From an uncultured Chloroflexia bacterium (GTDB taxonomy: Bacteria; Chloroflexota; Anaerolineae; CG2-30-64-16), in assembly GCA_963774265.1 (NCBI GenBank), contig CAVZDU010000010.1:128001-192000 (forward strand): a stretch of 64,000 nt of DNA, in the 5' to 3' direction. This document shows, piece by piece, positions 41,632-52,687 of the stretch (position 1 is the first letter of the stretch; each line of letters opens with the position of its first letter). Position numbers and translations under genes: made by a program. The notes under the pieces were generated by a model. It had not been told where the DNA came from. It did no database searches and worked only from the letters and a program-made list of their open reading frames with translations.

Positions 41632-42435
41632 ATGTCGTTGCATGACTTCTGGCGATTGCCCGCACGCGCCGGCAAACGCCTGGCTCGTATCGACCTTATT
41701 CTGATCCCATGCGCGCTGGCGTTGTTCATCGGTGGGTGGCACCTGCTGGTTCAGTGGCGCCAGTACCCGTCGTTCATCCTGCCCAGCCCGCGCCTCGTTT
41801 GGTCGCGCTTGCTGTCGCTGCTGGCAGATGGCACCCTGGCTTCTCACATAGGGGTAACGCTTTTCGAGGTTTTTGGTGGGTTAGCCTTGGGTCTGACGGT
41901 GGCCCTGGTTGTCGGATATGGGCTTGCCAAATCGCCTCTTCTGGAGAAAGTGCTTTCGCCCTATATCGTAGCCTCTCAGGCCGTGCCCATCGTCGCCATC
42001 GCCCCGCTGCTCGTCATTTGGTTTGGCTTCGGGTGGACCTCGAAGGTCCTGGTGTGTGCGTTGACTGTCTTTTTTCCTGCCCTGGTCAACACCATCGTCG
42101 GCATCCGGTCGGTCGAACCCGACTTGCGCGCCCTCATGCGCTCGCTGCAGGCGGACCATTGGCAGACATTCACCAGGCTTGAGGCGCCCGCCGCACTGCC
42201 CGTGCTCTTCGGCGGACTAAAGGTATCGGTCACCCTGGCCGTGATCGGGGCAGTCGTGGGCGAGTTCGTGGGATCTGACCGGGGACTCGGGTTCCTGATT
42301 AATCTGGCACGTGGGACGCTAGACACGCCGATGTTGTTCGTCGCGTTGTTCACGCTCGTAGTCATCGCTTTGCTGTTGTACTCCGCCGTGGCTGCACTGG
42401 AATACTACGTGCTGGCATGGCGGCGCGCGACTTAA
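41632..42435 (+). CDS. ribX: Riboflavin ABC transporter permease (NitT/TauT type)
   Basis: ILPSP, SQAVPIVAIAPLL, GAVVGEF; lies downstream of the FMN riboswitch. Confidence 0.8.
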   Translation: MSLHDFWRLPARAGKRLARIDLILIPCALALFIGGWHLLVQWRQYPSFILPSPRLVWSRLLSLLADGTLASHIGVTLFEVFGGLALGLTVALVVGYGLAKSPLLEKVLSPYIVASQAVPIVAIAPLLVIWFGFGWTSKVLVCALTVFFPALVNTIVGIRSVEPDLRALMRSLQADHWQTFTRLEAPAALPVLFGGLKVSVTLAVIGAVVGEFVGSDRGLGFLINLARGTLDTPMLFVALFTLVVIALLLYSAVAALEYYVLAWRRAT

Positions 42436-42457
42436 GAAAGCACCCCGTGGAGGGATT

Positions 42458-43516
42458 ATGAAACGCACAGTTGTGGTCATCCTGATCGGTCTCCTGTTGC
42501 TGGCAGCCTGTGTCCCGACGCCAGCAACCCCCGCAGTGCCGGCCGCGTCGAACGTAGCGCCCGCGACTGTGCAGGCTGCTCCGTCTGCCACGGCAGCATC
42601 CAAAGACGATCAGCCGCTGACCAGCATCACGTTGGCAATGGGCTATATTCCAAGCGTGCAGTTTGCACCGTTCTATGTGGCTCAGGAGCGTGGCTATTTT
42701 GAACAGGCCGGGCTGGATGTATCGTTCCGCTACGGGTTTGAGACGGATCTCTTGAAGCTGGTTGGCACCAACGAGCTTCAGTTCATGATCGGCAGCGGCG
42801 AGGAAGTGGTTTTGGGTCGCAGCCAGGGCCTGCCCGTTCGCTACGTCATGCGTTGGTACCGGAAGTTCCCTGCGGTGCTCTTCGCCAAGGTGAGCAGTGG
42901 CATCAGGTCTCCCAAGGATCTCGCCGGCAAGAAGCTTGGTCTGCCAGGCTTGTTCGGGGCGAACTTTGTGGGATGGGAAGCCCTGGTTTATGCGGCAGGA
43001 ATAGACGAAAAGCAGGTGTCGGTACAGAGCATCGGCTTCACCCAGGCGACCGCGGTCAGTCAGGGCCTGGTGGACGCAGCGATGGACTATATCGTGAATG
43101 GCCCCGTGCAATTGCGCCTCGCTGGTGAGGATGTCGTGGTGCTGCCCGTGTCGGACTACATCGACCTGCCGTCGAACGGGATCATTACCAACGATCAGAC
43201 CATCCGCGAGAAGCCTGAATTGGTGCAGGCGTTGGTGACCGTGTTGTCCTTGGGGCTGCGCGACACGCTCAAGGATCCGGATGGGGCGTTCGAGGCCAGC
43301 TTGCGCGCCGTGCCCGAAGCAGGTGGCGAGCAGGCCACGGTCAGCCGTGCCATTTTCGACGAGTCTCTCAAGCTGTGGCAGGCGACCGACGACGAGTTGG
43401 GTTTGTCGGACGCGGCATCGTGGGAGAAGGCGGCCCAGTTCATGAAAGAGATGGGATTGATCCAGGTCGATGTCGCGGCCACGGATCTATTTACCAACGA
43501 GTTTGTCGCACCGTGA
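42458..43516 (+). CDS. ribY: Riboflavin ABC transporter substrate-binding lipoprotein (NMT1/THI5-like)
   Basis: Lipobox LAAC, MGYIPSVQFAPFYVA; FMN-regulated operon. Confidence 0.8.
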   Translation: MKRTVVVILIGLLLLAACVPTPATPAVPAASNVAPATVQAAPSATAASKDDQPLTSITLAMGYIPSVQFAPFYVAQERGYFEQAGLDVSFRYGFETDLLKLVGTNELQFMIGSGEEVVLGRSQGLPVRYVMRWYRKFPAVLFAKVSSGIRSPKDLAGKKLGLPGLFGANFVGWEALVYAAGIDEKQVSVQSIGFTQATAVSQGLVDAAMDYIVNGPVQLRLAGEDVVVLPVSDYIDLPSNGIITNDQTIREKPELVQALVTVLSLGLRDTLKDPDGAFEASLRAVPEAGGEQATVSRAIFDESLKLWQATDDELGLSDAASWEKAAQFMKEMGLIQVDVAATDLFTNEFVAP

Positions 43517-44270
43517 CTCTGATCCTGGAAGCGCGTCACCTGCGCATGACTTTCTACGATTCAAACCGGGCGGACCTGTTGGCACTCGATGACATGTCTT
43601 TGGACGTGGAAGAGGGCGAGTTTCTGGCGATTGTTGGACCGTCCGGTTGCGGCAAGAGCACCTTGCTCCGTCTGCTGGCTGGGCTGCTCCGCCCCATTGC
43701 CGGGAGCGTTCTGCTGCGTGGTCAGCCTCTGACCGAACCACGCCGCGAGATCGGCTACGTGTTCCAGCGCGCGAATCTGATGCCATGGCGAACGGTACTG
43801 TCAAACATCGCATTGCCGCTCGAGATTGCGCACGTGCCCCAGGGCGAAGCGTCCGAACGGGCCCGGGACCTCATTTCTCTGGTTGGCCTGGACGGCTTCG
43901 CGGAATCGTATCCTGCGCAGCTCTCCGGCGGGATGCAGCAGCGCGTGTCCCTTGCCCCGCGCTGATCCACGAGCCGACTGTGCTCCTGCTGGATGAGCCG
44001 TTTGGCTCGCTGGATGCGCTGACGCGTGAGCGGATGAATGCCGAGTTGTTGCGCATCTGGAATCTGCGCAAGCCCACCGTGGTCATGGTGACGCACAGCA
44101 TCAGCGAGGCCGTGTTTCTGTCCGACCGCGTGCTGGTGCTGACCGCGCGTCCGGGGCGCGTCCGCGCCGCTTTCGGGGTGCCGCTCCCACGGCCGCGAAA
44201 CCAAGGACTAACCACCGATCCGGAGTTCCTGAAAGTCACGCGAGCAGTTCGAGCGGAGATTGTTGACTGA
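43513..44270 (+). pseudogene. ABC transporter ATPase (NitT/TauT) with a 1-bp deletion at about 43957 (likely artefact)
   Basis: GPSGCGKST and LSGGMQQRV in one frame, ALIHEP..LLLDEPF in another; CTTGCCCCGCGCTG where CTTGCCCGCGCGCTG is expected. Confidence 0.8.
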
Positions 44271-44374
44271 GCGTTTGACGCTTAGGTGCGAAACTCGTTG
44301 CAATTCTCACCCGACCGTGCTAACATGGGCGTGGCCTGGCGGCCAAATCACGCTGCAAGGTGGCGTCCACCATC

Positions 44375-45889
44375 ATGGAAGATCCCCAACTGTTGAAGAT
44401 CCTCTACCTGTCCGCCGAATGTGTGCCGTTTGCCAAGACCGGTGGGCTGGCGGACGTTGCCGGTTCACTGCCAAAGGCCGTCCGAGGGTTAGGACACGAT
44501 ATTCGAATCATGATGCCGCGCTACGGCCGGGTGGAAAGCGATAAGTTCGGCCTCAAGCCATTGATCCGCCACTTGGATGTGCCGATGGATGAGCGCACTG
44601 AGCCTGCATCGGTGCTCGAGTCGAGTATTGGCTCTGCCGCGGGCAAGACGCCCGTACTGTTTGTGAACAGCGAGCGTTACTTCGACCGGCAGGGCATCTA
44701 CATGTACCCTGATGATGCAGAACGTTTCATCTTTTTCTCGCGCGCCGCTTTGGAAATATGCCGAGTGCTTGACTGGCAGCCCCATGTGATCCATTGTAAT
44801 GAGTGGCATACTGCACTCATTCCGAATTGGCTCAAGTCGGTTTACGCGGCCGATCCTTTCTACCGGGACATTGCATCTTTGTACACCGCGCACAACCTGG
44901 AGTACCAGGGGATCTTCGGGCAACGCATCCTGGAAATCGCGGGCCTGGCTGACATGGGATTCATAGCGCATCCTGATATCGCACCCGACCTGAACTACGT
45001 GGTCGATCTCATGGCGCGTGGTATCCTATTTGCCGATATCATCAACACGGTGAGTGAAACGTATGCACGCGAAATCCTGACTCCGGAACTCGGTCAGGGA
45101 TTGGACCCGGTGTTGAGGGATCGCCGTGACCGGCTGTACGGCATCTTGAATGGGATCGATACGGAGTTGTATGACCCGGCAACTGATCGAAGTATTGCCG
45201 TTAACTTCGATGCCAATGGGGCCGAGTTGCGTTTAGCGAACAAATCCGCACTCCAGGCCGAGTTGAAGCTGCCCGTCCGGCCCGACATTCCGCTGATCGG
45301 CGCGGTGTCCAGACTGACGGATCAGAAGGGCTTCGATTTGATCAGCGCTGTGGCCGACTCGCTTCTGCAAAACATCCCTTGCCAGCTTGTGGTGATGGGC
45401 ACTGGCGAAGTGAGGCATCATGAAATGTTGAGCGGGCTGGCTGGTCGTTATCCCGATCAGGTTTCCGTACAATTAACCTTCAACCGACCGCTCGAACAGC
45501 GCATCTATGCGGGCAGCGATATCTTTTTGATGCCTTCCCGCTCCGAGCCCTGCGGTCTGAACCAGATGGTCGCCATGCGCTACGGCGCGGTGCCCGTCGT
45601 TCATGCGACCGGGGGACTTGCCGACACGGTGCAGGATTACGACGCTTGCACGGGTGCCGGCAACGGTTTCAGCTTCGAGCGCTATGATTCCATGGCCTTA
45701 TTCGCCGCCTTGGTGCGGGCTACGGAGATCTATCGGAACAAGGAGATCTGGCGCCAATTGATGCGGCGGTGCATGATGGCCGACTTTTCCTGGCGGCGGT
45801 CGGCTGAGAAATATGTCGATCTGTACTACCGCGCGTTGGCGGCGCGGCGACAGGCAAACCGACCCTTGAGCGAGTACGCGCTCCCATAG
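44375..45889 (+). CDS. glgA: Glycogen synthase
   Basis: KTGGLADV, HNLEYQG, SRLTDQKG, PSRSEPCGL, TGGLADTV. Confidence 0.95.
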   Translation: MEDPQLLKILYLSAECVPFAKTGGLADVAGSLPKAVRGLGHDIRIMMPRYGRVESDKFGLKPLIRHLDVPMDERTEPASVLESSIGSAAGKTPVLFVNSERYFDRQGIYMYPDDAERFIFFSRAALEICRVLDWQPHVIHCNEWHTALIPNWLKSVYAADPFYRDIASLYTAHNLEYQGIFGQRILEIAGLADMGFIAHPDIAPDLNYVVDLMARGILFADIINTVSETYAREILTPELGQGLDPVLRDRRDRLYGILNGIDTELYDPATDRSIAVNFDANGAELRLANKSALQAELKLPVRPDIPLIGAVSRLTDQKGFDLISAVADSLLQNIPCQLVVMGTGEVRHHEMLSGLAGRYPDQVSVQLTFNRPLEQRIYAGSDIFLMPSRSEPCGLNQMVAMRYGAVPVVHATGGLADTVQDYDACTGAGNGFSFERYDSMALFAALVRATEIYRNKEIWRQLMRRCMMADFSWRRSAEKYVDLYYRALAARRQANRPLSEYALP

Positions 45890-45908
45890 AGGCACGGAGA
45901 GGCACAGG

Positions 45909-47105
45909 TTGAAGACAGAGCGCTTATTTTATCAAGATGCTTGCCTGAAGGAGTTTGATGCGCAAGTCTTGACGCGTCAGGTCATGAATGGCAGGCCGGC
46001 GGTCGTGTTGGATCGAACCGCGTTCTATCCGACCGGCGGAGGACAGCCGAATGACCTTGGGGTGGTGGTGGCGGCAGTTGAGGGCCCCATGCGGGTTCTC
46101 GATGTCCTTGCCGAGGACGGTGCTATCTGGCACGTGCTGGATGGTGAGCTTCGGAACGACACGGTCCATGGCACGGTGGATTGGGATCGACGGCTCGATC
46201 ACATGCAACAGCACACGGGACAGCATGTTCTGTCGCAGGCCTTCGTCGAAGAATGCGACGCGGAAACCGTGGCGTTTCATCTGGGCGAGAGATACAGCAC
46301 CATCGATCTCAACCGGGTAGACCTGGACGCCATGGCGCTGGTGCGTGCAGAAGCAGCGGCTAATGCCATTGTGGATGCCGCGCTGTCGGTCACTGCCACA
46401 TTCGTGACGCCCGAAGAGCTGGCGCGCTTGCCATTGCGCAAGCCCCCAAAGGTCACGGAGAACATCCGCATCGTCCAGGTTGAAGGATTCGACTGGTCGG
46501 CCTGCGGCGGGACCCATGTGGCCAACACGAGCCAGATCGGAATGGTCAAGATCATCGGGACCGAACGCCGGGGGTCTGAGTTACGGGTGACCTTCCTGTG
46601 TGGGCGGCGGGCGCGTGCGGATTACGCCCGGTTGAAGGCACTTGCCCAAGGCCTGGTTGCCCGCTACACTGCCGCAGAAGACGACATCCTGGAATTGCTT
46701 GACCGGCGAGCTGAAGAGCTGGACTTGCTACGTAAAGATGTCGTCGAATTGGAGCGGCAGTGGTCCGCATCCACCGCGGCTGAGCTGTGGTCCAAAGCGC
46801 AGGAGCGGGGTGCGATTCGCCTGGTGGCAGTCACATTGGACATCAGTGTCGACCGGGCCAAGAAGGTCGCCCAGGATCTGCGGGCGCGGCCGGGGGTCGT
46901 GGTGTGTATCGGCGTTCGCGGAGAGCGGCCACAGATTATCGTGACCCGTTCGGATGACATTGTCGCTGATTCGGCCCAACTCCTGCGAGTCGCGGTGGCT
47001 GCTGGTGGAGGCCGGGGGGGCGGACGACCTGACTGGGCGCAAGGCGGTGTGCCCACTAATGAGGCATTGGAAGCAGCGCTCAGCGCTGTGATGCAGGCGA
47101 TCTAA
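45909..47105 (+). CDS. AlaX-L alanyl-tRNA editing protein with DHHA1 domain
   Basis: FYPTGGGQP, HMQQHTGQH, CGGTH, GGGRPDWAQGG. Confidence 0.9.
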   Translation: MKTERLFYQDACLKEFDAQVLTRQVMNGRPAVVLDRTAFYPTGGGQPNDLGVVVAAVEGPMRVLDVLAEDGAIWHVLDGELRNDTVHGTVDWDRRLDHMQQHTGQHVLSQAFVEECDAETVAFHLGERYSTIDLNRVDLDAMALVRAEAAANAIVDAALSVTATFVTPEELARLPLRKPPKVTENIRIVQVEGFDWSACGGTHVANTSQIGMVKIIGTERRGSELRVTFLCGRRARADYARLKALAQGLVARYTAAEDDILELLDRRAEELDLLRKDVVELERQWSASTAAELWSKAQERGAIRLVAVTLDISVDRAKKVAQDLRARPGVVVCIGVRGERPQIIVTRSDDIVADSAQLLRVAVAAGGGRGGGRPDWAQGGVPTNEALEAALSAVMQAI

Positions 47106-47115
47106 GGACTGACGT

Positions 47116-48015
47116 ATGCGAGAGATTTCTCCTGGCATTTTTGTCGAGACCGACCAACGCGGGGCAAACTATAGCGCGATCCTGACCACCGACGGTTTTG
47201 TCGTCATCGACAGCCCGATCGTTCCAAAGCAGGCCATCGCGTTCCGCGATGAGTTGAAACGGATCGCAGGTGGTAAGCCCTTCCTGTACATCATAAACAC
47301 TGACCACCACCGCGGTCACATCGTGGGCAATCAGTACTTTATACCGACGCCGGTGATCTCGCACGATATCGCCTGGAAGCATATGAAAGGTTACGGCGAA
47401 AACTTCAAACAACGCGTCATCGATTCATTCAAAAAGGAGCCGGAGATCCAGGCGCAATTTACCGACATTCACATCATCGTCCCCAAGATCACCTTTTCGC
47501 ATCGGCTTGACATCGTGCGCGGGGGCCGCGATATCCGCATCATCCGTATCGGAGGACACACTGCGGCGACATCCGCCGTCTGGTTGCCGATTGAGAAGAT
47601 TCTGTTCGTGGGTGATGCGGTGTGGGTGGATCAACATCCCTATATGGCGCAGGGCAACTCGAAAGAATGGTTGGATGGATTGACCTACATCCGCAAGCAG
47701 CGTTCGGATCAGATTGTGCCGGGCCGCGGGCCTGTGTGCGGCCGCGAAGGCACAGAACGCATGTCGGAATACATTCGCTATATGCGTGCGCGTGTGCGCA
47801 CTTTCCATCGGCAGGGTCGGACGAAGCAAGAGACCGTGCAAACCGTGCTGCGCGAGATGGTTGGCTGGTTCCCCATCCAGCCTGCGCTTAAGTCCAAGAC
47901 CGAATCGCAGATCAAGCAGGGTATCGGCCGCATCTGGAATGAGATGGAGAAGGCCGCCAAGCTCAAGGATATAGCCGAACTCGAGCCTGAGCCGGAAGAA
48001 CAGGGAGACGAGTAG
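47116..48015 (+). CDS. MBL-fold metallohydrolase (cyclase-like)
   Basis: NTDHHRGH, GGHT, FVGD, VPGRG; some metal ligands deviate from HxHxDH. Confidence 0.8.
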   Translation: MREISPGIFVETDQRGANYSAILTTDGFVVIDSPIVPKQAIAFRDELKRIAGGKPFLYIINTDHHRGHIVGNQYFIPTPVISHDIAWKHMKGYGENFKQRVIDSFKKEPEIQAQFTDIHIIVPKITFSHRLDIVRGGRDIRIIRIGGHTAATSAVWLPIEKILFVGDAVWVDQHPYMAQGNSKEWLDGLTYIRKQRSDQIVPGRGPVCGREGTERMSEYIRYMRARVRTFHRQGRTKQETVQTVLREMVGWFPIQPALKSKTESQIKQGIGRIWNEMEKAAKLKDIAELEPEPEEQGDE

Positions 48016-48019
48016 GTCA

Positions 48020-48973
48020 ATGGCTCAGACGATCCAGATAGGGCAAGTGACTCCTGCGGATGAGCTGCGGGAGTTGCTCACGGTCGCCGAAAAACGGGTG
48101 GCCAACGTTTGGGGTAGTGGCGAGAGCAGCCTGGCGCTGTTGACGGAGCTGGATCGCATTGATGTCCTCTGGCCCGCGCTCGAGGCGCAGGGAATGGATC
48201 TCCGTCCGGAGGCCGGGCGCTGGCAGACGCTTCAGGCATCCGTCGACCGGCGTGCCGGAGCAATCCTTTCCGATTTGCGCGCCGTTGGAGGCATCGACAA
48301 GGCGCGCCTGGAGATGCACCCCGAGGGAACCGACGCACCCTGGTGGCGGCTCGACGATCTCGTACGCGGAGTCAACCTGCGCCGGTTCCGAAAAACGGGG
48401 CTGCTACTTGGCGGTCTGGCCGTGCTCGGTGCGGTGCTGTACTTCGGCTTGCGCCTGCTCTTTCCGGTCGATCCAAAGGTGGCTGAGGCGGGTCGGCTTA
48501 CAGGCATCGGTGACCAATTGATACAGGGGCAAGCTGATTTTCCCGGCGCCCTCGCAGAGTTCGAACAGGCGGCTGCACTCACGCCGGACGATCCGGAGGT
48601 GTTGCTTCGCGTCGGAGTTGTGCAGGAGAAAACCGGCAATGCGGCCGCGGAGGAGTCGTATACTCGTGCACGTGCACTCCTAGCCGATGACGTCATCTTC
48701 CAGCAGACGCGCGCCTATGTCTACCTCATGTTTGGCATGATCGACCAGGCCGAGCAGGATCTTCAAGCTGCTTTGGCGGCGAGACCTCGTGATCCGGTCA
48801 CGTGGTACGAGCTGGCATCGGTGTTCGAGCTTCGAGGAGAGATCAGAGACGCGATGGACGCCCTCGAAAGAGTCGACGAATATGCGACTGAGGCAGGACA
48901 CATCGAGATGAGCGCGACTGCACGGTATCGCCGGGGTATGTTAATGCAGCAACTTGGTGTTCAACAGCAATAG
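48020..48973 (+). CDS. Membrane-anchored TPR protein
   Basis: Central TM followed by TPR helices. Confidence 0.75.
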   Translation: MAQTIQIGQVTPADELRELLTVAEKRVANVWGSGESSLALLTELDRIDVLWPALEAQGMDLRPEAGRWQTLQASVDRRAGAILSDLRAVGGIDKARLEMHPEGTDAPWWRLDDLVRGVNLRRFRKTGLLLGGLAVLGAVLYFGLRLLFPVDPKVAEAGRLTGIGDQLIQGQADFPGALAEFEQAAALTPDDPEVLLRVGVVQEKTGNAAAEESYTRARALLADDVIFQQTRAYVYLMFGMIDQAEQDLQAALAARPRDPVTWYELASVFELRGEIRDAMDALERVDEYATEAGHIEMSATARYRRGMLMQQLGVQQQ

Positions 48974-49884
48974 GAAAACAATTCCATCAGCGCAGGCGCA
49001 ACGTCGGGCAGGCTCCGCAGCGTTGCGGCGACCTGGCGGCGATAGACCGGTGCGCCAACCAGCAGCGCCGGCACAGGGTTAGTGGTGTGGCCGCGCGTGC
49101 TCAAGTCTTCCATGTTGCCATGGTCTGAGGTGAGCAAGATCAGACCACTCTCATCGTCCCACGCACTCAGCAGTCCGCCCAGCATCTCATCGACGCTTCT
49201 CAGCAAATTCACGGCTTCTGTCATGTCCTGCCGGTGTCCCGCATAGTCGCTCAGCCAGTACTCGAAGAACGAGAGGTCGCTCTCTCCGGCCAGCCGTGCC
49301 ATGCGCTCCCCGGCTTCCCGAGGGGTGAGCAGAGGCGTGTCACATAGCCCCAAGCGATCGCGCCAGCCTTGACCGGTGAAGTCGGCCGAGACGGCGCGGC
49401 CGGCCCTCAAGTCTTCCACCGTGCCTAACGCCAGGCCAGCGCTCACCACGGCTTGGGGGATAGACGAGTAGACTCGACGGCGAGACTCGATAGCGGCAAA
49501 GTAGGCGGGCGGATAGGCGTTCAAAAACGCAGCGCGTCTTCCCATCTGACGCACCGTGTGAAACAGATTGCCGTTGGACAGAAGCGTGACGATCGCCTGG
49601 CTGGGCCACGGTCCGTAATGGCCTCCGATGAGTGCGGGTACATTTTGCCCCGTGAGGAGGGCGGCCTGTCCGCTGCCTGACTGCGGCATGCCTGGAACGC
49701 TAAGGCAAGCATCCAGGCTCACCACAGTTGCCCGTCGCGTGACCAGGGGCTCCACCCCGGCAACCAATCGTTCGCCTTCGAGCAGCCGCGTCAGGTTGGG
49801 CAGCGGTGCTTTGGCGAAAGGGTTAATCGCAGGATCATCCCGGCCAAGCCCAATACCGTCCAGAAAAAGGAAAAGGATTCTCAC
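48961..49884 (-). CDS. Metalloenzyme/alkaline-phosphatase superfamily protein (phosphomutase-like)
   Basis: FLDGIG, PQSGSGQ, DYAGH, TSDHGN, HTTNPVP. Confidence 0.85.
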   Translation of the reverse strand: MRILFLFLDGIGLGRDDPAINPFAKAPLPNLTRLLEGERLVAGVEPLVTRRATVVSLDACLSVPGMPQSGSGQAALLTGQNVPALIGGHYGPWPSQAIVTLLSNGNLFHTVRQMGRRAAFLNAYPPAYFAAIESRRRVYSSIPQAVVSAGLALGTVEDLRAGRAVSADFTGQGWRDRLGLCDTPLLTPREAGERMARLAGESDLSFFEYWLSDYAGHRQDMTEAVNLLRSVDEMLGGLLSAWDDESGLILLTSDHGNMEDLSTRGHTTNPVPALLVGAPVYRRQVAATLRSLPDVAPALMELFSYCC

Positions 49885-50039
49885 ACAAATGCTTCTCAAT
49901 CCAGGAAATGACAGCTGCATCTTACGCGCGAGTTCCCGGGGACACAGCGAGAGGGGTTACTTTCGCAAAAGCCACGGCTGGCGTATTATGTCTGCATAGA
50001 GAGCTATCGCTCATCTCGTTCCGGAACGAAAGAGGAGCT

Positions 50040-50561
50040 ATGAGACCTGATTTGGCATTCTGGCTAGCCCTGGTCGCGATGGTGATAGGTCTGGCAGGCA
50101 CGGTGCTGCCCGCCCTGCCAGGGATCGCGCTAATTTGGATCGCGGCAGCGATCTACGCCATTGCCGAGGGCTTTGCGACTCTGACTCCGCTGGCATTCGG
50201 TGTGTTGACCGTCCTGGCCGTCATCGGCCTTGTGTCAGAGTTCTTTCTGACGCAGGCCGCAACACGGGTATCAGGCGCCTCACCAAAGGCTGCTTTGGCG
50301 GGCGCGGTGGGTGGCGCCATCGGATTCGTTCTAGGTTCGCTGATCGGCGGTGTTGGCGCCGCACCCGGGGGTATTATTGGGGCTCTCGTGGGCGTTGTCC
50401 TGGTTGAGTACCTCAACAGGAAGAACTTGCGCGACGCAGTGCGGGCCGGCGGCGGTTGGTTGGCAGGATGCCTTGCCTCGCGGCTGGCTCAGTTCGTGAT
50501 TGCGCTGGCAATGGTCGTTATTTTTGTATGGCAGGCCGGGTTCCGGGGAATTTGGGGCTAG
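50040..50561 (+). CDS. DUF456 family membrane protein
   Basis: GTVLPALPG, GALVGVVLVE; GAGGAG RBS. Confidence 0.8.
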   Translation: MRPDLAFWLALVAMVIGLAGTVLPALPGIALIWIAAAIYAIAEGFATLTPLAFGVLTVLAVIGLVSEFFLTQAATRVSGASPKAALAGAVGGAIGFVLGSLIGGVGAAPGGIIGALVGVVLVEYLNRKNLRDAVRAGGGWLAGCLASRLAQFVIALAMVVIFVWQAGFRGIWG

Positions 50562-50597
50562 GCCGTCGAACGCGTGTCCGTGCTGCGCGGGATATGT

Positions 50598-51458
50598 TCA
50601 TTGCATCAACGAACTCATCGCAAGCCAGTCATCGCCGTGTCCTTCGACCTGTACATTCTGCCGTGCGAACCCTGTGCCGACGATCGCCTCGATCGCAGCT
50701 CGGGCGTCCGCTTTGCTCCACCCGAACAGCAGATTCGCCTGTTTGGCTTGCGCGGCGCCCACTGACATGAGGTAGAACTCGACCAGCTTGATTCGGGCGT
50801 CGCTCTGCCGGATGGCGCGAGCGCGCTCGAGAAGGTCGGGATACCAGCGGTGTACGCATTCGTAATTGAAAGCATACTTCCATCGGCCGACCTCAGCCAC
50901 ACCAACCGGCAGAATCTTGAAATCAGCCTGTAGAAACTCGATCGCTCGGTTGAAAGGGGAATCGCTCGTGCGCGCGGTCATACGCGCCCGCCGTCGGATC
51001 TCCGGGGTGTCTAGCGGGCCATCCTGCAACAGCACTTCGTACACCGTCTTCGCGTCGTGGGTGAGCTGCCCGGCCTTGTACTGGTCCAGGTAGTCTTGCT
51101 CCGGCTCTCCGAAGTTCTCCGACAAAGCGTAAAAGGATGGCGCAACGTCCAGCGAAATGATTGTGGCCTTCTTTCGTAGCACTTTGCCATAGTACCACTG
51201 GCGTGCAGGCAGCAATTCGTCTTTCCAACCCCATGTCACGTGGCCGGGGTCGTCATGCTCGTCCGCAACAGGCCGTTCGCCCGCAACTGCGGTCCATAAG
51301 GCGGGTAGCGTGATGTCCTTGATCGGCCAGAAGTAGATGAAACCACGCTCATTGACATAACTGATAGCCTGCTCTTTGGTTCGCAGCTTCAGCTCGGGAG
51401 ATAGGCGAAACGTGTCCCTGCGGTAGTCGAGGATTCGCTGATACGAAAGACCGGTCAT
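50598..51458 (-). CDS. AlkZ/YcaQ-like winged-helix DNA glycosylase family protein
   Basis: WGWKDEL..WYYGKV, central wHTH, FYLMSVGAA. Confidence 0.6.
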   Translation of the reverse strand: MTGLSYQRILDYRRDTFRLSPELKLRTKEQAISYVNERGFIYFWPIKDITLPALWTAVAGERPVADEHDDPGHVTWGWKDELLPARQWYYGKVLRKKATIISLDVAPSFYALSENFGEPEQDYLDQYKAGQLTHDAKTVYEVLLQDGPLDTPEIRRRARMTARTSDSPFNRAIEFLQADFKILPVGVAEVGRWKYAFNYECVHRWYPDLLERARAIRQSDARIKLVEFYLMSVGAAQAKQANLLFGWSKADARAAIEAIVGTGFARQNVQVEGHGDDWLAMSSLMQ

Positions 51459-51575
51459 CGGTCGATTATAGCACCGGGGAGCGAAGGCACAAAGGTTCTA
51501 GCAACCGGTGATGTGCTGCTTTGTGCCTTCGCGCTCACCGCGCTGCACGGGCGCAGCGCGAGTGTCGACCTCTAT

Positions 51576-52541
51576 CTATTGTGGCCTGTTCGCGAGGATC
51601 ACTTCGATCCTGTCCAGCACCTCATCGGTCAGTTTCGGCAGGACATCCAACGCTTTCATGTTTTCGTGGACCTGCTCCGGGCGACTTGCGCCGGTGATCA
51701 CCGAGCTCACATTCGGGTTCGTCAGGCACCATGCCAGCGCCAGTTGCGCCAGCGTGCAATCGAGTTCATCCGCAAGCGGTTTGAGCTGCTTGACCTTCTC
51801 GATGCGCTCAGGCTTGATGGCTGAGTTGCGCAGCCATTCGTAGCCTTGCAGGCTCGCCCTGCTCCCCTCCGGCACGCCCTCGTTGTATTTGCCGGTCAGC
51901 ACGCCGGATGCGAGCGGGCTCCAGATAGTCGTGCCATACCCTAGCTCTTTGTAGAGTATGTCGTACTCGCTCTCGAATCGATCGCGCACCAGCATGTTGT
52001 ATTGCGGCTGTTCCATACTGGGTGGGGTCAGGTTGTATTGGCGCGCGACCGCGTCTGCTCGCATGATCTCCGCCGCACTCCACTCGGACGTGCCCCAGTA
52101 GAAAATCTTACCCTGCTTCACCAGGATGTCCATCGCGCGGACGGTCTCTTCGATGGGCGTCTCGGGGTCCGGACGATGACAGAAGCACAGGTCGACGTAG
52201 TCCGTCTGCAGGCGCCGCAGCGCATTGTGTACGCCCTCAATGATGTGCTTATGCGAGAGGCCGGTTTGATTTGGGCCCTGACCGCCCCAGAAAATCTTGG
52301 TCGAAATAACAAGATTCTCGCGCTTCCAGCCGAGCTTTTTGATGGCGTTCCCCATGACGATCTCGGCATTGCCTTCTGCGTAGCCCTCCGCATTGTCAAA
52401 GAAGTTCACGCCGTATTCGTACGCGGCCGCCATGCAAGATGTCGCCGCTTCCTGTCCTACCTGGCCGCCGTAGGTCACCCATGCGCCCAACGAGAGCTCG
52501 CTCAGCTTCAATCCTGACTTCCCCAAACGTCGATAGTTCAC
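51576..52541 (-). CDS. Aldo/keto reductase (Kv-beta subunit family)
   Basis: YRRLGKSGLKLS, FDNAEGY, STKIFWG, HRPD, WSPLASG. Confidence 0.93.
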   Translation of the reverse strand: MNYRRLGKSGLKLSELSLGAWVTYGGQVGQEAATSCMAAAYEYGVNFFDNAEGYAEGNAEIVMGNAIKKLGWKRENLVISTKIFWGGQGPNQTGLSHKHIIEGVHNALRRLQTDYVDLCFCHRPDPETPIEETVRAMDILVKQGKIFYWGTSEWSAAEIMRADAVARQYNLTPPSMEQPQYNMLVRDRFESEYDILYKELGYGTTIWSPLASGVLTGKYNEGVPEGSRASLQGYEWLRNSAIKPERIEKVKQLKPLADELDCTLAQLALAWCLTNPNVSSVITGASRPEQVHENMKALDVLPKLTDEVLDRIEVILANRPQ

Positions 52542-52687
52542 GTGTCTTCCTCCCGAGAAAGAAATCGATTGGATTTTGCCGTGATTATACACCCCTTGAC
52601 TATTGCATCCGATCCTGGCTCTGACCGCTGTTCGATTCCATGCAAACTATGCTAAAATCGGCCAAAGGACGTATGAGGAGATGCCCC

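Noticed and set aside
43940-43970. Programmed frameshift in the ABC ATPase
   Set aside because: No slippery heptamer or stimulator; a single missing G in a GC run, in an assembly with other indels.
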